A DNA stretch of 63,094 bases, filler included, from Octopus bimaculoides (taxonomy: Eukaryota), in assembly GCF_001194135.2 (NCBI RefSeq). It is 3 parts of 2 records of this genome, joined end to end, with 100 filler letters (N's around TTAATTAATTAA, not from the genome) between each part and the next. Parts side by side here need not be neighbours in the genome. Positions count along the whole stretch, not along the records: positions 1 to 17,228 come from NC_068982.1; 2 more parts are not named here. One strand, 5' to 3'. A model generated the notes under the pieces. It was not told the DNA's origin, did no database searches, and worked only from the letters and a program-made list of their open reading frames with translations. Position 1 is the first letter of the stretch. Every line of letters begins with the position of its first letter. A program made the translations under genes and the position numbers. Of this stretch, positions 1 to 13,640 are shown one piece after another.

Positions 1-270
1 CATCTAAATATTTTTTTTTATTTTAAAAGAAAAAATATATTTATCTTAGCTTCAATGATAGAAGAAAGCATGAGAAATTTCATAGTTTTGATCCATGCAA
101 CAAAAATTTGTATAAAAAAAGTTGTGAGGTAAAATATCATGAAAAAATATAAGGCAAAACTTGGATTTAAGTATAATTACCTTATTTATTTTAAAAACAA
201 ATTATAGTTTAATTAAGCTTACATGATAGAGCTCAACTCGAGGAATCTCACAGTATCAATCTCATGCAAT

Positions 271-634
271 GAAGTTTTAAAAGAAAAAAGTTATGAGTGT
301 TTGTTTCTCAATTTTGAGGGTAATAATATAGTTCTATACTTTTTTTTATGAATATAGTTCTATAAGAGGACTTTTAATATATGTCATCAGCATCATTGTG
401 ATAAGGAAAAATTATCAACAACACCACTAATTTGCAATTAGTTTAATTATGTCATCTGTATTAATTAATGCAATTATATCATGTCAAGCATGTAATATCT
501 GAGATGAGAAAGAAGTTTTAAAAGAAAAATGTTATGAATGTTTGTTTCTAAAATTTGAGGATGATAATATTGTTCAATACTCTTTTATGAATATAGTTCT
601 ATAAGGGCACTTTTAATATATGTCACCAGCATCA
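271..634. repeat. Diverged direct duplication (~124 bp; 271-395 and 512-634)
   Basis: Both copies read gaagttttaaaagaaaaa..ttatgaNtgtttgtttct...atgaatatagttctataag...cttttaatatatgtcaNcagcatca. Confidence 0.8.
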
Positions 635-774
635 ATAATAATTCAATCACAAAAATGAAAAAAATAAAAATATTATTTACAAATTTATTAAATTCATTAT
701 TCAATTTTCAATAAGGTAAAATCTTGAATTGTTAATTGACACATTATTAATTAGCATAATAGCATAGCCTAAGA

Positions 775-1604
775 GAAATAATATGCTTAAGATTATAAAC
801 TTGGAAAAGTACAGGACAAGTTATTACACATGGAAAAGTTCAAGACAATTTATTACATCTGGTAAAGTACAGAACAAGAAAATTTTTACTTAAAATATTG
901 CAGCTAAGGATAAGATATGAATATTAAAAATTATTTGATTTTAATTTACAAAGTAACATTATAATTAAAAAAGGTACTATCATTTTGTTAAAATATTGAC
1001 TGGTAAAATACTTAAAAAATGAGAGCCAGAAGTACCAATATAGCTAAAGTTTTATGCTAAGTAGAATAGTATATATGGTAGGCAAATTTATTATGTAGAA
1101 AATAAGCATTGGGTCAAGACTAAAAATGTGAAGACTTAGAAATAACTTAGGCAATAACTCAAGCAAATTTTACTGTGAAGTTGTTATTATAGGTAGATTT
1201 TACTGTAATATGTAACTAGTTTTTGTATTATTCTTTTTATTGTACTAACTAATTATGTACTACTATCATTTTTATAACCTATTTTCAAATTTCTAATTAT
1301 TAATTGATAATTTTAAAAATGAATTTTTTTAAAGTGCAAAAAATATTTTGAGTTATTTTAAATTTTTAATAGAAGTAATAAAAAGTAGAAGTAATAACTT
1401 GTAATAAAATTTTTAGTTTTAATAAAAGCTAATAGTTTCTAAACCTAAATATTTTATTTGAAATTTTAACTTTAGCTGCAACATTTTAAGTAAAACCTTT
1501 CTTCATCTGTACTTTACCAGATGTGATAAATTGTCCTGAACTTTTCCAAGTGTAATAACTTGTCCTGTACTTTTCCAGGTTTATAATCTTAAGAATATTA
1601 TTTC
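775..1604. mobile_element. Foldback/MITE-like element with ~133-bp inverted arms containing 29-bp subterminal repeats
   Basis: 775-907 is the reverse complement of 1472-1604 with scattered mismatches. Each arm has about 3 units of tggaaaagtacaggacaagttattacaca. The right half recurs at 31451-31912. Confidence 0.65.
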
Positions 1605-1632
1605 CCTTGCTCGCATTTTTCCATGCAACATG

Positions 1633-1764
1633 ATCTTCAAATAAAACCTATTGTTTTTAGCTTCAATAAATCTCTGTACAAAGTTTCCTGCCGCCTCTCT
1701 CAGATATTTCGTTCTTTCTATGGTGATGTAGATAGTATTATCTAGTGACTCCATCGCCTCCATC
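1633..1764 (+). mobile_element. Short second fragment of the neighbouring Penelope-like element
   Basis: Aligns with 2165-2305 (atcttcaaataaaacctattgttt...tatctagtgactccatcgcc). Confidence 0.55.
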
Positions 1765-1787
1765 TTGTTGCACACCATATATATATA

Positions 1788-1835
<48 letters not shown>

Positions 1836-2164
1836 TGTGTGTGTGTGTGTGCGTGCGTGTATACTTGTGTGTGTGTTTATAGTCATGTATTATATACACA
1901 CACACACACACACACATATATATGTATATATATATATATATATATANNNNNNNNNNNNNNNATCATAATTAACGTAAATGTATTAGTTTCAAATTTGACA
2001 CAAGGGCAGTAATCTGTTGGTACTTATTTTATCGACTCCGAAAGGACGAGAGGCAAAGTCGACCTCGGCAGAATTTGAACTCAGAACGTAAAGACGGACG
2101 AAATGCCTAACGCATACTTGTTTCGTCTAAGCATGTTTTGTTAAAGCACGTAAATGTGGATCTA

Positions 2165-3400
2165 ATCTTCAAATAAAACCTATTGTTTCTACCCTAAACA
2201 AATCTCTTTAGAAAGTTTCCTGGCGTCAGTCTGGGATCTTTCTTTCTTTCTATGGTTATGTAAATAGCGCAGATGACGTTATCTAGTGACTCCATCGCCA
2301 CCATCCGGATACACGCCAACTCCGTAGGTATTCTTTCTGCCTTGGTGTAGTATTTCTCTACATCTCTGTATTTGCACTAGTAATTGTTGACCTGACTATA
2401 CTATCTATTCTAACCTCAACTGTTAGGGTTTCACCACCCCAGGCATCCACCAATTTATTTCTTTGTCACAGTCATTTCAATTCCATACAACACCTACTAA
2501 CAAATTTCCAGACCACCCATGGGGTCCAGTCTCTTAGGTCTGCTTGTCATGAACATTAATATCTTGGAAAGCCAAGCGTCGAATACCTGCAATTCTTATT
2601 CTTTCCTCACAATGAACATCAATGGCATATTGATTCACACATTCTCTTATACTGAAGCTAATTCTATTTTTGATACATTCAGTAATATTAATAAACATTG
2701 ATTTCGTTATTGACAACCTGACGAAATAGAAACTCTCCTACTACTTTACTTTGAACTCATCATTTTAGAAGGTAATATCATCACACGACTCTATGAACTG
2801 ACAATCTGTAGGATCTTCTTCGTACACTTGAAATCAGCTTTCCATCACAGTACCAAGTGCAACTACATCACAAATGAATTTCATCGAATGCATAACAGAT
2901 CCAGTAACGAGAGCCAACTGAGGCACCTACACCGCAAATTTCCAAATAACTTGAATTTAAGAAAATTAATAAAAAACCCTCATATTTCATCCAACCCCAA
3001 CAGGCCCACGATGTAAAATATAAAACAACCATCACAGGAACAGACATTTCCTCAAACAACACATGTTAGCGAGATTACTAACAACTCGATTCAAAAAATG
3101 CCATTCGCAGAAGCGAATGTATGTGCTAACAAACTATCGTCTCTGTGACACAAACATATGGGCAACGCAATACGGAAACTCCAAAACTGGACCAGGGGTT
3201 AACTACACATATACGCTTCTTTGGTTGGGAAACACTTCAACTAATTCACCAGAATATTGGCAACACTTGAAAATGAAGGCGAATATTCTCATTAAACAAC
3301 ATGAAGGAAAATTCAGCAACAAAACCGAATTAAATGGCGAGAACTTGCTTTCTTAATGATCTCACTTCATCTACCTTTCACCTATCCTCTCTGTCTCCAC
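2165..3400 (+). mobile_element. Degenerate Penelope-like retroelement (RT + GIY-YIG endonuclease remnants)
   Basis: Frame-broken motifs in the expected order: LGVVFLYISV (cf. LDVxSLYTNV), PPMGSSL (cf. GxAMGSPL), FSNINKH, SAFHHSTK...EF.R (thumb), CD.K.MGNAIRKL (GIY-YIG), ANILIKQH. Confidence 0.7.
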
Positions 3401-3669
3401 TTTCTAACTAATTTCTCACACATACAACAGCAATATATTGTACCACACTTAACAACTTAGTACAACCAACTCTTTTTCAACAAACAAATTCTCAAATTAC
3501 CTTACCTAATGACAAACCGTATCTTAGATTTCAGCTTCACAAACTAGCTCTAATTTGTCATGTCACATGACTTACCATTGCTGCTGTTGCCTCACCACAA
3601 TGGCTGCTGCTATTGATACAACTTAAAAAGACAAAACAAACGAAAACATTCCCCAAATACTGGCATTAT

Positions 3670-3976
3670 ATTGCTTCCAACGATGAGTGTTCCAGTTGAT
3701 CCGATAAACGGAACAGTTTAATCGTGAAACTAATGTGCAAATGTTACGACCGGCGTAACATTAACGTAGTTCGGAGGGAGATTTAGTGTGACACAGAATG
3801 TGGCAAGGATGGCCCTTTGAAATACAGTTACTGCTCATTTTTGCCAGTTGAATGGACTGGAACAACGCGAAATAAAGTGTCTTGCTCAAGAGACACAAAC
3901 CGTCACCGCGTATCGAACTCAGGACCTTAAGATCATGAGCCTAAAATGCCCCAACCACTTAGCCACGCGCCTTCAC
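3670..3976 (-). mobile_element. tRNA-derived SINE
   Basis: On the minus strand: A-box GTGGCTAAGTGG, B-box GAGTTCGATAC, central ttgagcaagacactttatt domain, and a tail shared with the SINE at 59149. Confidence 0.8.
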
Positions 3977-4318
3977 GTTGATACAGCTTATCATAACCAA
4001 CTACAACTATAAATGCAGTAATTCATCAGTGTTTTTTTCAGACAACGCACTAAAAAGGCCTGCCGGTAACGGCACGTCTCTGAAGTCTTTCAATATTTTC
4101 ATTTTTCTTCTTGAAAAAGTAAATTTTCATGAAATATCGGATCATTAATCAACTTGTGAAGAGTAATATAATGCTTTTGTTTATTGACATCATGTTATAT
4201 ATTTTGTCTAACACCTCATCTGCATTGCTCAAGGGCTTTTTCAAGTATTTACATTTACTTCATTTACACACATTGCAATGCTTCAAGCAAAAGTAAATAC
4301 GTGTATACATACATACGC

Positions 4319-4359
<41 letters not shown>

Positions 4360-5539
4360 GTTGAAATTTACAGAAAAACAAAAGACGGTGTTAGGTGTAT
4401 AAACAACAAACAGGTGTATTAGTTTGACACTCGGGAAGGTAAGAAAGTCTTTTACGTTTCGAGTCTACGCCATTCAACAGAAAGGAACACGAGGAAATAA
4501 ACAGAGAGAGAATAAAAAATCTTGTGGAGTTAGCAGTCAATCATAGCGAGTGTTTGGACAAAGGTAGTTAGACAGGAGAGCTAGGAAAGAAGGGAGATAA
4601 TAAAGTACTGGTGATCCCAAAACGAAGGTGCACGTGCGTGTGTGTATGTGAGAATGTGTAAGTGTGTGTGTGTGGATAGAGGCTGGTGACTTTGACGTGT
4701 GGATGTATGCATGTGTGTGCGTTTGTAATGTGTGGGTGTGTGGATGATGGTGTGGATGCTGGGAATTGGTCAGTGCTATCATGCGCAGAGTGGTGTAGAG
4801 TGGTGGGATGTGGTGTGGTGGTANNNNNNNNNNNNNNNNNNNNNNNNNNNNNNNNNNNNNNNNNNNNNNNNNNNNNNNNNNNNNNNNNNNNNNNNNNNNN
4901 NNNNNNNNNNNNNNNNNNNNNNNNNNNNNNNNNNNNNNNNNNNNNNNNNNNNNNNNNNNNNNNNNNNNNNNNNNNNNNNNNNNNNNNNNNNNNNNNNNNN
5001 NNNNNNNNNNNNNNNNNNNNNNNNNNNNNNNNNNNNNNNNNNNNNNNNNNNNNNNNNNNNNNNNNNNNNNNNNNNNNNNNNNNNNNNNNNNNNNNNNNNN
5101 NNNNNNNNNNNNNNNNNNNNNNNNNNNNNNNNNNNNNNNNNNNNNNNNNNNNNNNNNNNNNNNNNNNNNNNNNNNNNNNNNNNNNNNNNNNNNNNNNNNN
5201 NNNNNNNNNNNNNNNNNNNNNNNNNNNNNNNNNNNNNNNNNNNNNNNNNNNNNNNNNNNNNNNNNNNNNNNNNNNNNNNNNNNNNNNNNNNNNNNNNNNN
5301 NNNNNNNNNNNNNNNNNNNNNNNNNNNNNNNNNNNNNNNNNNNNNNNNNNNNNNNNNNNNNNNNNNNNNNNNNNNNNNNNNNNNNNNNNNNNNNNNNNNN
5401 NNNNNNNNNNNNNNNNNNNNNNNNNNNNNNNNNNNNNNNNNNNNNNNNNNNNNNNNNNNNNNNNNNNNNNNNNNNNNNNNNNNNNNNNNNNNNNNNNNNN
5501 NNNNNNNNNNNNNNAGTTTAATGTACACAGTAAATAGTT

Positions 5540-6650
5540 ATGAGCTACTAATAGTTTCATACATTGGAGATACTTTCTTTTTTAATCTAAAATATGCTGT
5601 CCTTCATTTTATTCCATCTATCTTGTAGACTTCCAAAGCCTGTCTTCCAAAATTCACTTGTCCGTGATGAAAAATACTCTACTGTTTTGAACATATTTTT
5701 TTCGCCCTGCAGAATAAATGGTAATTAGATAGGGCAATGTTCAGCGGATATGGTGGGTGGGGCATCGTTTTCCCTCCAAAATGCTCCGGCCTTTGGAATG
5801 TCATCCTCGCTGTATGTGACTGAGCATTATCCTGATGGAAGAACTTCTTTCATCTTGAAACCAAAGATGGCCGTTTTTCTTCTAACACTGACTTAAGCCG
5901 CTGAAGCTGCTCGTAGTAGACCTCCTTTGTTATTATTTGTTTTCGGTTGAAAAGTTCAAAGTTCAGATCTTTCATATCCCATCAAACAGATAACAACAAC
6001 TTATGTGGGTGAAGACCTTCTTTAGCCTGGGGTGCCGGTGTTTCTCCTTTCCATACCCACTGTCTTCGTCGCTTGACATTTTTATAGAGAATCCACTGTT
6101 CGTCACCAGTCACTATGCGGTCCCCAAAAAGGTTCATTCGTGAGTCGTGACAGCAAAAGAAAAGCACACATTCACTCTCTGCGCGCAATTAGACTCGGAA
6201 TGCTGTGAGGAACCTATTGATCCAATTTGCTGACTTTTCCGATGGCACTCAGGTGTCGATGAATGGCTGAAGGATCAAATCCAAACTTCCCTGCTAGTTC
6301 CTCAACAGTTACGATGGGATTTTGTTCCACCAGGGTTTGCAGGACGTCCTCATAGAGCTCTACAAATCTTCCAGGAGGAGGCTCGACTTTCAGGCTGTAG
6401 TTTCTGGCTCGGAATTTCTGGAACCACTGTTGACACTAGCTTACGCTTATTGTCCGATCTCCATATACTGCATTAATATTCTTCGCACTTTCCGTCGCGT
6501 AGTTGCCTTTATTGAATTCATAAAGCAAAATATGTCGAATATGCCCCTTTGTTACTTCCATTATAGCTTTGAAAAAATAACTGTTAAAATCGAACTCCAC
6601 TCTTCAGAACTTGCATTAAGAATAAGAGCAACATAAAATTACTAGGTATT
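5540..6650 (-). mobile_element. Degenerate mariner transposon
   Basis: ATG at 6561: MEVTKGHIRHILLYEFNKG...WFQKFRA; later IVTGDEQWILY, GLHPHKLLLSV, PHPPYP..IA.SNYHLF. Stops and frameshifts present; ends approximate. Confidence 0.9.
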
Positions 6651-7504
6651 TTTATAGCAAGTTGATGCAGGTAGTTTATCCCGCTCCCCTCCGACTTTTA
6701 GTTCACGCAATTGAAAAAACCGCATTATTTATGGGATGACCTAATATATCTCCCACTGGATAAAGTACATTTTTTTTAATGATCTTAACGGAAAAGCAAA
6801 CTATATATATATATATATNNNNNNNNNNNNNNNNNNNNNNNNNNNNNNNNNNNNNNNNNNNNNNNNNNNNNNNNNNNNNNNNNNNNNNNNNNNNNNNNNN
6901 NNNNNNNNNNNNNNNNNNNNNNNNNNNNNNNNNNNNNNNNNNNNNNNNNNNNNNNNNNNNNNNNNNNNNNNNNNNNNNNNNNNNNNNNNNNNNNNNNNNN
7001 NNNNNNNNNNNNNNNNNNNNNNNNNNNNNNNNNNNNNNNNNNNNNNNNNNNNNNNNNNNNNNNNNNNNNNNNNNNNNNNNNNNNNNNNNNNNNNNNNNNN
7101 NNNNNNNNNNNNNNNNNNNNNNNNNNNNNNNNNNNNNNNNNNNNNNNNNNNNNNNNNNNNNNNNNNNNNNNNNNNNNNNNNNNNNNNNNNNNNNNNNNNN
7201 NNNNNNNNNNNNNNNNNNNNNNNNNNNNNNNNNNNNNNNNNNNNNNNNNNNNNNNNNNNNNNNNNNNNNNNNNNNNNNNNNNNNNNNNNNNNNNNNNNNN
7301 NNNNNNNNNNNNNNNNNNNNNNNNNNNNNNNNNNNNNNNNNNNNNNNNNNNNNNNNNNNNNNNNNNNNNNNNNNNNNNNNNNNNNNNNNNNNNNNNNNNN
7401 NNNNNNNNNNNNNNNNNNNNNNNNNNNNNNNNNNNNNNNNNNNNNNNNNNNNNNNNNNNNNNNNNNNNNNNNNNNNNNNNNNNNNNNNNNNNNNNNNNNN
7501 NNNN

Positions 7505-7545
7505 GAAGAAAGAAATATTGAAATATTTTCGTGAAGAACACTCAG
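7505..7545 (+). CDS. Possible 3' part of a coding exon (start lost in gap), product unknown
   Basis: Open frame KKEILKYFREEHS followed by consensus donor CAG|GTATGT. Confidence 0.3.
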
Positions 7546-9049
7546 GTATGTATGTATTATTTGAGTTCTTTTGAAATTGGCTTGTGAAATTATGTATTAT
7601 GACTTAAACTTGAGTTTTGTCCTGGAGACAGATCAAATGATTTTGATAACTAATGCATATCTTCTTAATTTGGTTATCAAGGTCACAGTAAAAAAAATGA
7701 TCATAAAAATGGGTTTTGGAAATCAAAGGTACACATTTTATAGGTTGTGTGTAGTAATCAATTGTTAAGTTAAAAGTTCATTAAAGTAAAATGTTATTAC
7801 AAAAACTGAAAGTTTCTTAATGAATAGCAATTTGTATATTTGAGATATCGAACTCCTGTGAACCACTCAAGAAATGTAGTATATTTGATAAATACTACTC
7901 TCTCTTGTTCTAATGTAAGTAGGGAGATAATGGCATCAATATGGATAAAATACACAATTCATGGTGTATGAATAAGCCAATTTCTATTATGTTGTGAAAA
8001 TGCTTTCTCTCATGTATTTATGTGTTCTTGCCTAGTGAGTGAGCTCAATTTGTTTTGTAAAATTAATCGGTGTCATCTTAACACTTTATCTTTTTATAAC
8101 TCTGTTGCTATATATGTTTATAGCTACACAAACATTCTGCATGAATTTCAGGATGGAATTATAAACAAACAAACACACACACACACATATACAAATATAT
8201 GCATACAATGATGTCTAAGTATGCTGTTTCTATACAAGTTTAAGCCTGTTATATTTGCCATTTTCAATTATATTAACAGCTTTTACTTTATGTTCGCTAT
8301 ATTATTATGTGTATAGATTGTATGCTTTAATATGCAAGCACTTCTTGTTTACTGCTTTTTATGTTTTTTATTGTTTTTAGTATTTAGATATTTGAGGACA
8401 GCAGAGTAGCAGAACAGAACAAAATATTTTGCAGTATTTGGTGTCTCGTTACATTCTTAGCTCAAAAACTGCCGAGACCGACTCGGCTTTCCACTCTTCA
8501 GGAGTCGATAAAATAATACCAGTTATGTATCAGGTGTCAATTTAATTGATTACACTCTGCCCTGAATGGTTTTATAGATATTCCAGAAATTAATATTGAA
8601 ATGCTTCAGCTTTCTGTATTGTTAGTTACAGTCTAAATCTTCTTAAACCTCTCTAGTTGATAATGAACCTGATACCTCGAACCAAATATCCAGTTGAAAG
8701 GATATGTATTTAAAATTTTGATATTCCGTTTCTTTTTTCGTTTCTGATAATTTCATTATATTTGCCGCTGTAGATCGAGGGATAAGCTCATAGCAAGTTG
8801 AGTCTAAGATTGATGTTAATTCTCAATCAAAGTAAACTGAATTCCTATTTTGCCGCCAATACTTTTTAAGAAAGTCATACAAACATCTATAAAAACAACT
8901 TCCTCACCTCATCTATAAAAACTTAATTTCCTCAACAAATTGATAAATTTTTCTTTTCTTGTCTCTTCTATTGCTATGTATCACATCACTGTTCATCTTT
9001 CATCGCACCCATACGTGTACCCTTCCTCCCATGTATATATATGTCAAAC

Positions 9050-9130
9050 ATGGCTAAAATAGTCAAATCTTCATCTCAAAACATAGGACCTTTGTACAGG
9101 GCCAGGGGCAAATTCAGATCTGTGCAGATG
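9050..9130 (+). CDS. Possible first coding exon, product unknown
   Basis: Kozak-like aaacATGG, 27 open codons MAKIVKSSSQNIGPLYRARGKFRSVQM, then consensus donor GTGAGT. Confidence 0.3.
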
Positions 9131-9804
9131 GTGAGTCTACAGAAGACACTAGTGATATTCTATAGTCGAATATTACTCACATAGGTAGTATAAACAGAGT
9201 ATCAGTAAATGCGCTATGTACAAAGGAAGAGGGTTGATTGAATACTCATTTAAGAGTCGACTACATATACTAGTATAAGATATCTTTCAAACACAGCCAG
9301 AATGAAAACACTACATTGCTCACGAAACAAATTCCCAAAAGAAAGACATGATCTGTCTATCGACATTGCATAGGCTATCTTGGATAGAGTCGTCCTATTC
9401 GATGGTAGTTCAATACGGTTTAATTTAAGTTTGAATGATATATGTAAATATATATCATATATTTGTGTGTGTGTGAGTGTGTGTGTGTGTGTGCGTGTGT
9501 GTGTGTTGTATGTGCGTGTGCGTGTGTATGCGTGTGTGTAATATCATAAATCACTTCAAATCGATAATGAAAAGAAAGATAGTTTATGTCGATTTATAGA
9601 GACAGAATAAAATTTTCGTTATCGCTTTTCAATGCAGCAGAGTATCAGTGACGTCAGACATCACGTGACACAGCACCATCTTGTCTTACACCTCGACATC
9701 AACGACAAATTCCACTAAAGATTGTGTCCAAATGTTTGAATCCCAGTCGTTACAAACACACTTGCTCCCGCATGTATGTACGTGTGTGCGTATGAATGTA
9801 TGTA

Positions 9805-9861
<57 letters not shown>

Positions 9862-10453
9862 ATATATAAGGAACATCCTTTTTTTCAAACATGTTTATTG
9901 AGGAAAATGAAGGTTCAAGTTGGATCTTAGCGCTTTAAACGTTTTCATATTTCCTTGTTATTCCTTTATGTTTCGTTTGAAGTAATAGCTTTCCTAATGT
10001 TCCAAACTTCATTTTCCTAGTAAGCAGCTGTAATAGCATCTTCATAGCACTACATTTTACATAGAATTCCACAAAAAAGAGAATAATTATGAGAGCGTTA
10101 CTAATAGTAAAACATACACCTTAGTTATATGATATGAAATTTACCGAGTTTTATCGTTGATAATTTTATCACTTATAAAATAATTCTAAAGGCCCTTTGT
10201 TATTTATTGCAGGACTCACAGACATTATGTTATTACAACAGTTTACGCTGAAAATGAAACGGAAAATCATTATAGTTCCAATCAAGCATAAAGGACTATT
10301 AAAGAAATGACATATTTTCTTATTAGTTCTTAATAGAAAAAAATCAAACTTGAACATAGCCGTGTTTTTTTTTATATAACGCACAATTTCTCATATGCCT
10401 ATGCGTATATATAGAATGTGTATATCTTATTGTTTTTAATATTAAAACACAAG

Positions 10454-10670
10454 AGAAGGCAGCGAGCGAGCAGAATCGTCAGCACGCCGGGCAAAATACT
10501 TAGCAGCATTTCTTCTGTCTTTACGTCCTGAGCTCAAATTTTGTTGAGGTCGGCTTTGCCTTTCCATACTTTCGAAGTTGATAAAATAAATGTCAGTAGA
10601 GCACTGGGATTGATGTAATTGACGTAGCTCCTCTCCCAAAACTGTTGGCCTTGTGCTAAAATTTGAAACC
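10454..10670 (+). mobile_element. SINE with 16-bp target-site duplication
   Basis: Family consensus gaaggcgg..gagctggcagaatcgttagc...ggccttgtgccaaaatttgaaacc; flanked by aatattaaaacacaag at 10438-10453 and 10671-10686. Confidence 0.85.
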
Positions 10671-11369
10671 AATATTAAAACACAAGGGTGGGAGGGCAGA
10701 AGAATCGTTAGAGCTGGAGTGGTGCTGGTTTATATTGCATCGATGCTATATTCAGTGATAAAAATAAAACCTATACATTAGAACAGAAATCTTTAAGTGA
10801 GTTAGAATGACTGAGCATTATCGAGAAACAAAATACCTTTGAAAGCTATACTGTTTTCTTGCAATAACTTTCAACTTCCAGACAAACCAGTCTTCAAACA
10901 TGACTCTAGACTTATATGTCTTTTTATTTGATTGCCCAATGATTAGAAAAGATTACTCATTTGTATCCTTTTACTAAACATTGGGTTCAATTTGAACTTC
11001 CACTCAACATTACTTCCAAGTAAAAGGGTTAAACGATTTTCTCAAGCTTTGACGCTACACTTTATCCAAAATGTTCTTATTTTCATTATACAGTTTTTGA
11101 TGCTACACTTTATCCAAATGTTCTTATTTTCATTTTCTTCTTGATAATGTTAATTTCTTTCACACTACATTTGACGAGCTTCGTATCTTGGATTATATCT
11201 TTCAATTCAGTCGGATATCTACTTCAGATTCTGCTATATGTTTTCCCAGACTTCACATTTAATTACAACTTATCAACCAAGGTATTGATAAATCCTTTAT
11301 CTCAAACTATTATTGGGCTTTGATTTCATGTACATTTGATATTTAAGGATGTTGATGTCATTTTGAAGT

Positions 11370-11712
11370 GAAGGTGCATAGCTCAGTAGTTAGAGCGTTG
11401 AGCTCATAGTGATGAGGTAGTGAATTCGATTCCCGGACCGGGCTGTGTGCTGTCTTGAGCAAAATACTTTCTTTCACGTTGTTCCAGTTCACTCAGCTAT
11501 AGAAATGAGTTGCGACGTCTCTGGTGTCAAGTTGTATCGGCCTTTGCCCGACCCTTGGATAACATCGGTGGCGTAGAGAGGGGAGGCTGGAATGTATGGG
11601 CAACTGCTGGTCTTCCATAAACAGTCTTGCTCGGATTTGTACTTCGGAGGGTAACTTTCTAGGTGCAATTCCATGGTCATTCATAACCACAGGGGGTCTT
11701 TACCATTTTACC
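11370..11712 (+). mobile_element. tRNA-derived SINE with a distinct 3' tail
   Basis: A-box TAGCTCAGTAG, B-box GAATTCGATTC, central cttgagcaaaatactttctttcacgttg domain shared with the 3670 SINE. Confidence 0.8.
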
Positions 11713-11894
11713 CTGTCGCTTCGAATTCGGTACTCATTCGTTGTGTCCGAAAACGACTTAAAACGAGGAAGTTCTTTTCCGATCTGCAGCAATTGCAGTA
11801 GAGCTGTGTTAATGATCATCTCGCAGTTGTGCCGCCTCTATCGATGCTGCCAATTCCCCCATCATATGATCGTATGTTAATATGTATGTACAGA

Positions 11895-12253
<359 letters not shown>

Positions 12254-12649
12254 ACACACGAGCAAACTGTCAGACTGATGACCATGTCTTCAGAAAAGTT
12301 TGCAGATTACCGGTTTTGGTAAGATTTCATCGACGAGCCATGTACTGCTATATTATTGTTGTTTTCTTTTGGTTACCCCTTCAAGTTATTGTTATTCCAT
12401 TGCCGTTTCTATTATTTTGTTTTTGCTGACATGATTGTTTGCCTTCACGTTTTTCTATTCTTGGTGTTCTAGTGGTTGCTTTTGTTGTGAATACTGCGCA
12501 TAGTTACAGATTTAGTTCTTGTCCATATTGTTGTTCTGGTAGCTGGCTAGTTGACAAAATTCCAACTCTTTTTGTTTTCAGGTTTATGTAACATTACATT
12601 TCATTTCTTCTATCTCTGGTAGATATATTGTATATGAAGGCTTATTTAT

Positions 12650-13640
12650 TAACCGGACAGTGTTGGCAAGTCGATGTCTACAAGAAAGACATGGATGGAC
12701 ATGGAAGAAATCCAGATGACCGACGTTCTGGAGACGAAATATTGGGCATAGTAATAAGTGGGGAGCTTGTAGTGGGGGGTAGAATAATAATAATGATTAG
12801 AGGACGAGTGCTGAGTGAATCTGATGGGGTGACATAAGTTCAAGTAGTTTCGGGCAATAGAGGTTGCTGTAGTAGTAGAAAAAAATCAGATAAAGGAAAC
12901 AGTACATCTGTGGTCCTGAGGTTGAACTTTGTTGGTCAGCGACGTCATGTCAATCAGCCAGGTGGCCTCTTTTGGGTGCCTTCAAAAATATGTTTGTGTA
13001 GTTTCGGTATCACTCAATTTTTGTAACAGCTATTCGGGGATGAAATATTTTCTAGTCTTGAAGAGGAAGGCCACGCTTTTGTGGCACAATTTTTGCTATG
13101 TTGAAGATGTACGTTCGCCATGAAACATCTTTAATAATAGTGACGTTTAGCGGCCTTGAGGATTCTAGTTGCATGCTATTCTTGTTTAGACGAGTTGGGG
13201 ATACGATATCGTTTTCATGATATGAGTAGTGATATGATTGTATCCTTGTCCTGTTGAAGACAACAATATTGATATTGTTTTCAATATTGATAATGTTTTC
13301 AAGGTCTCTCTTCACAAAGCCAGTGAAGGTTTCGCTTGAGGTGTACAAGCTGCATGTGAGTAATACTTAGATATAGATAGAAGGAATGATAGTATCATTT
13401 GCATATTACTGAGCGTGACTGGAACTGTAGGAAGAAAAGTGGGGGTAGAAAAAAAAGAAACTTGAAAATTCTAGAGTTAGAAAGTAGGTGAAAGAAAGCT
13501 TCATCAGCACACGCTCCGATTATACGATCTGATAGGAATCACTGATCCATGGAACGAGAGAGATGTAGTTTTGTTAGGAGATTCGCGTGCCAGGTATGGT
13601 CGAATGTTTCGCTGATGTCAAGTGCAATAATAGTTTTCAT
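12650..13640 (-). mobile_element. Degenerate CR1/L2/Jockey-group LINE, RT and 3' region
   Basis: IIALDISETFDHTWHANLLTKL (cf. ALDISKAFDRVWH), then DLENI...VFN.TRIQ, KDVSWRTYIFNIAK, RKYFIPE. Many stops and deletions. Confidence 0.7.

Noticed and set aside
4537-5628. Long ORFs (up to 388 aa) here and at 6779-7541, 27358-27711, 32544-33190, 42595-43173, 44046-45212, 59465-59941
   Set aside because: They run through N gaps; the X stretches are not sequence.
11049-11143. Small tandem duplications (48 bp here; ~30 bp at 29668-29750 and 43630-43690)
   Set aside because: Ordinary slippage products with no further structure.
11370-11445. tRNA-like segments (also 3900-3976, 45220-45294, 59149-59205)
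   Set aside because: A/B boxes are present, but they continue into SINE bodies and do not form full cloverleafs.
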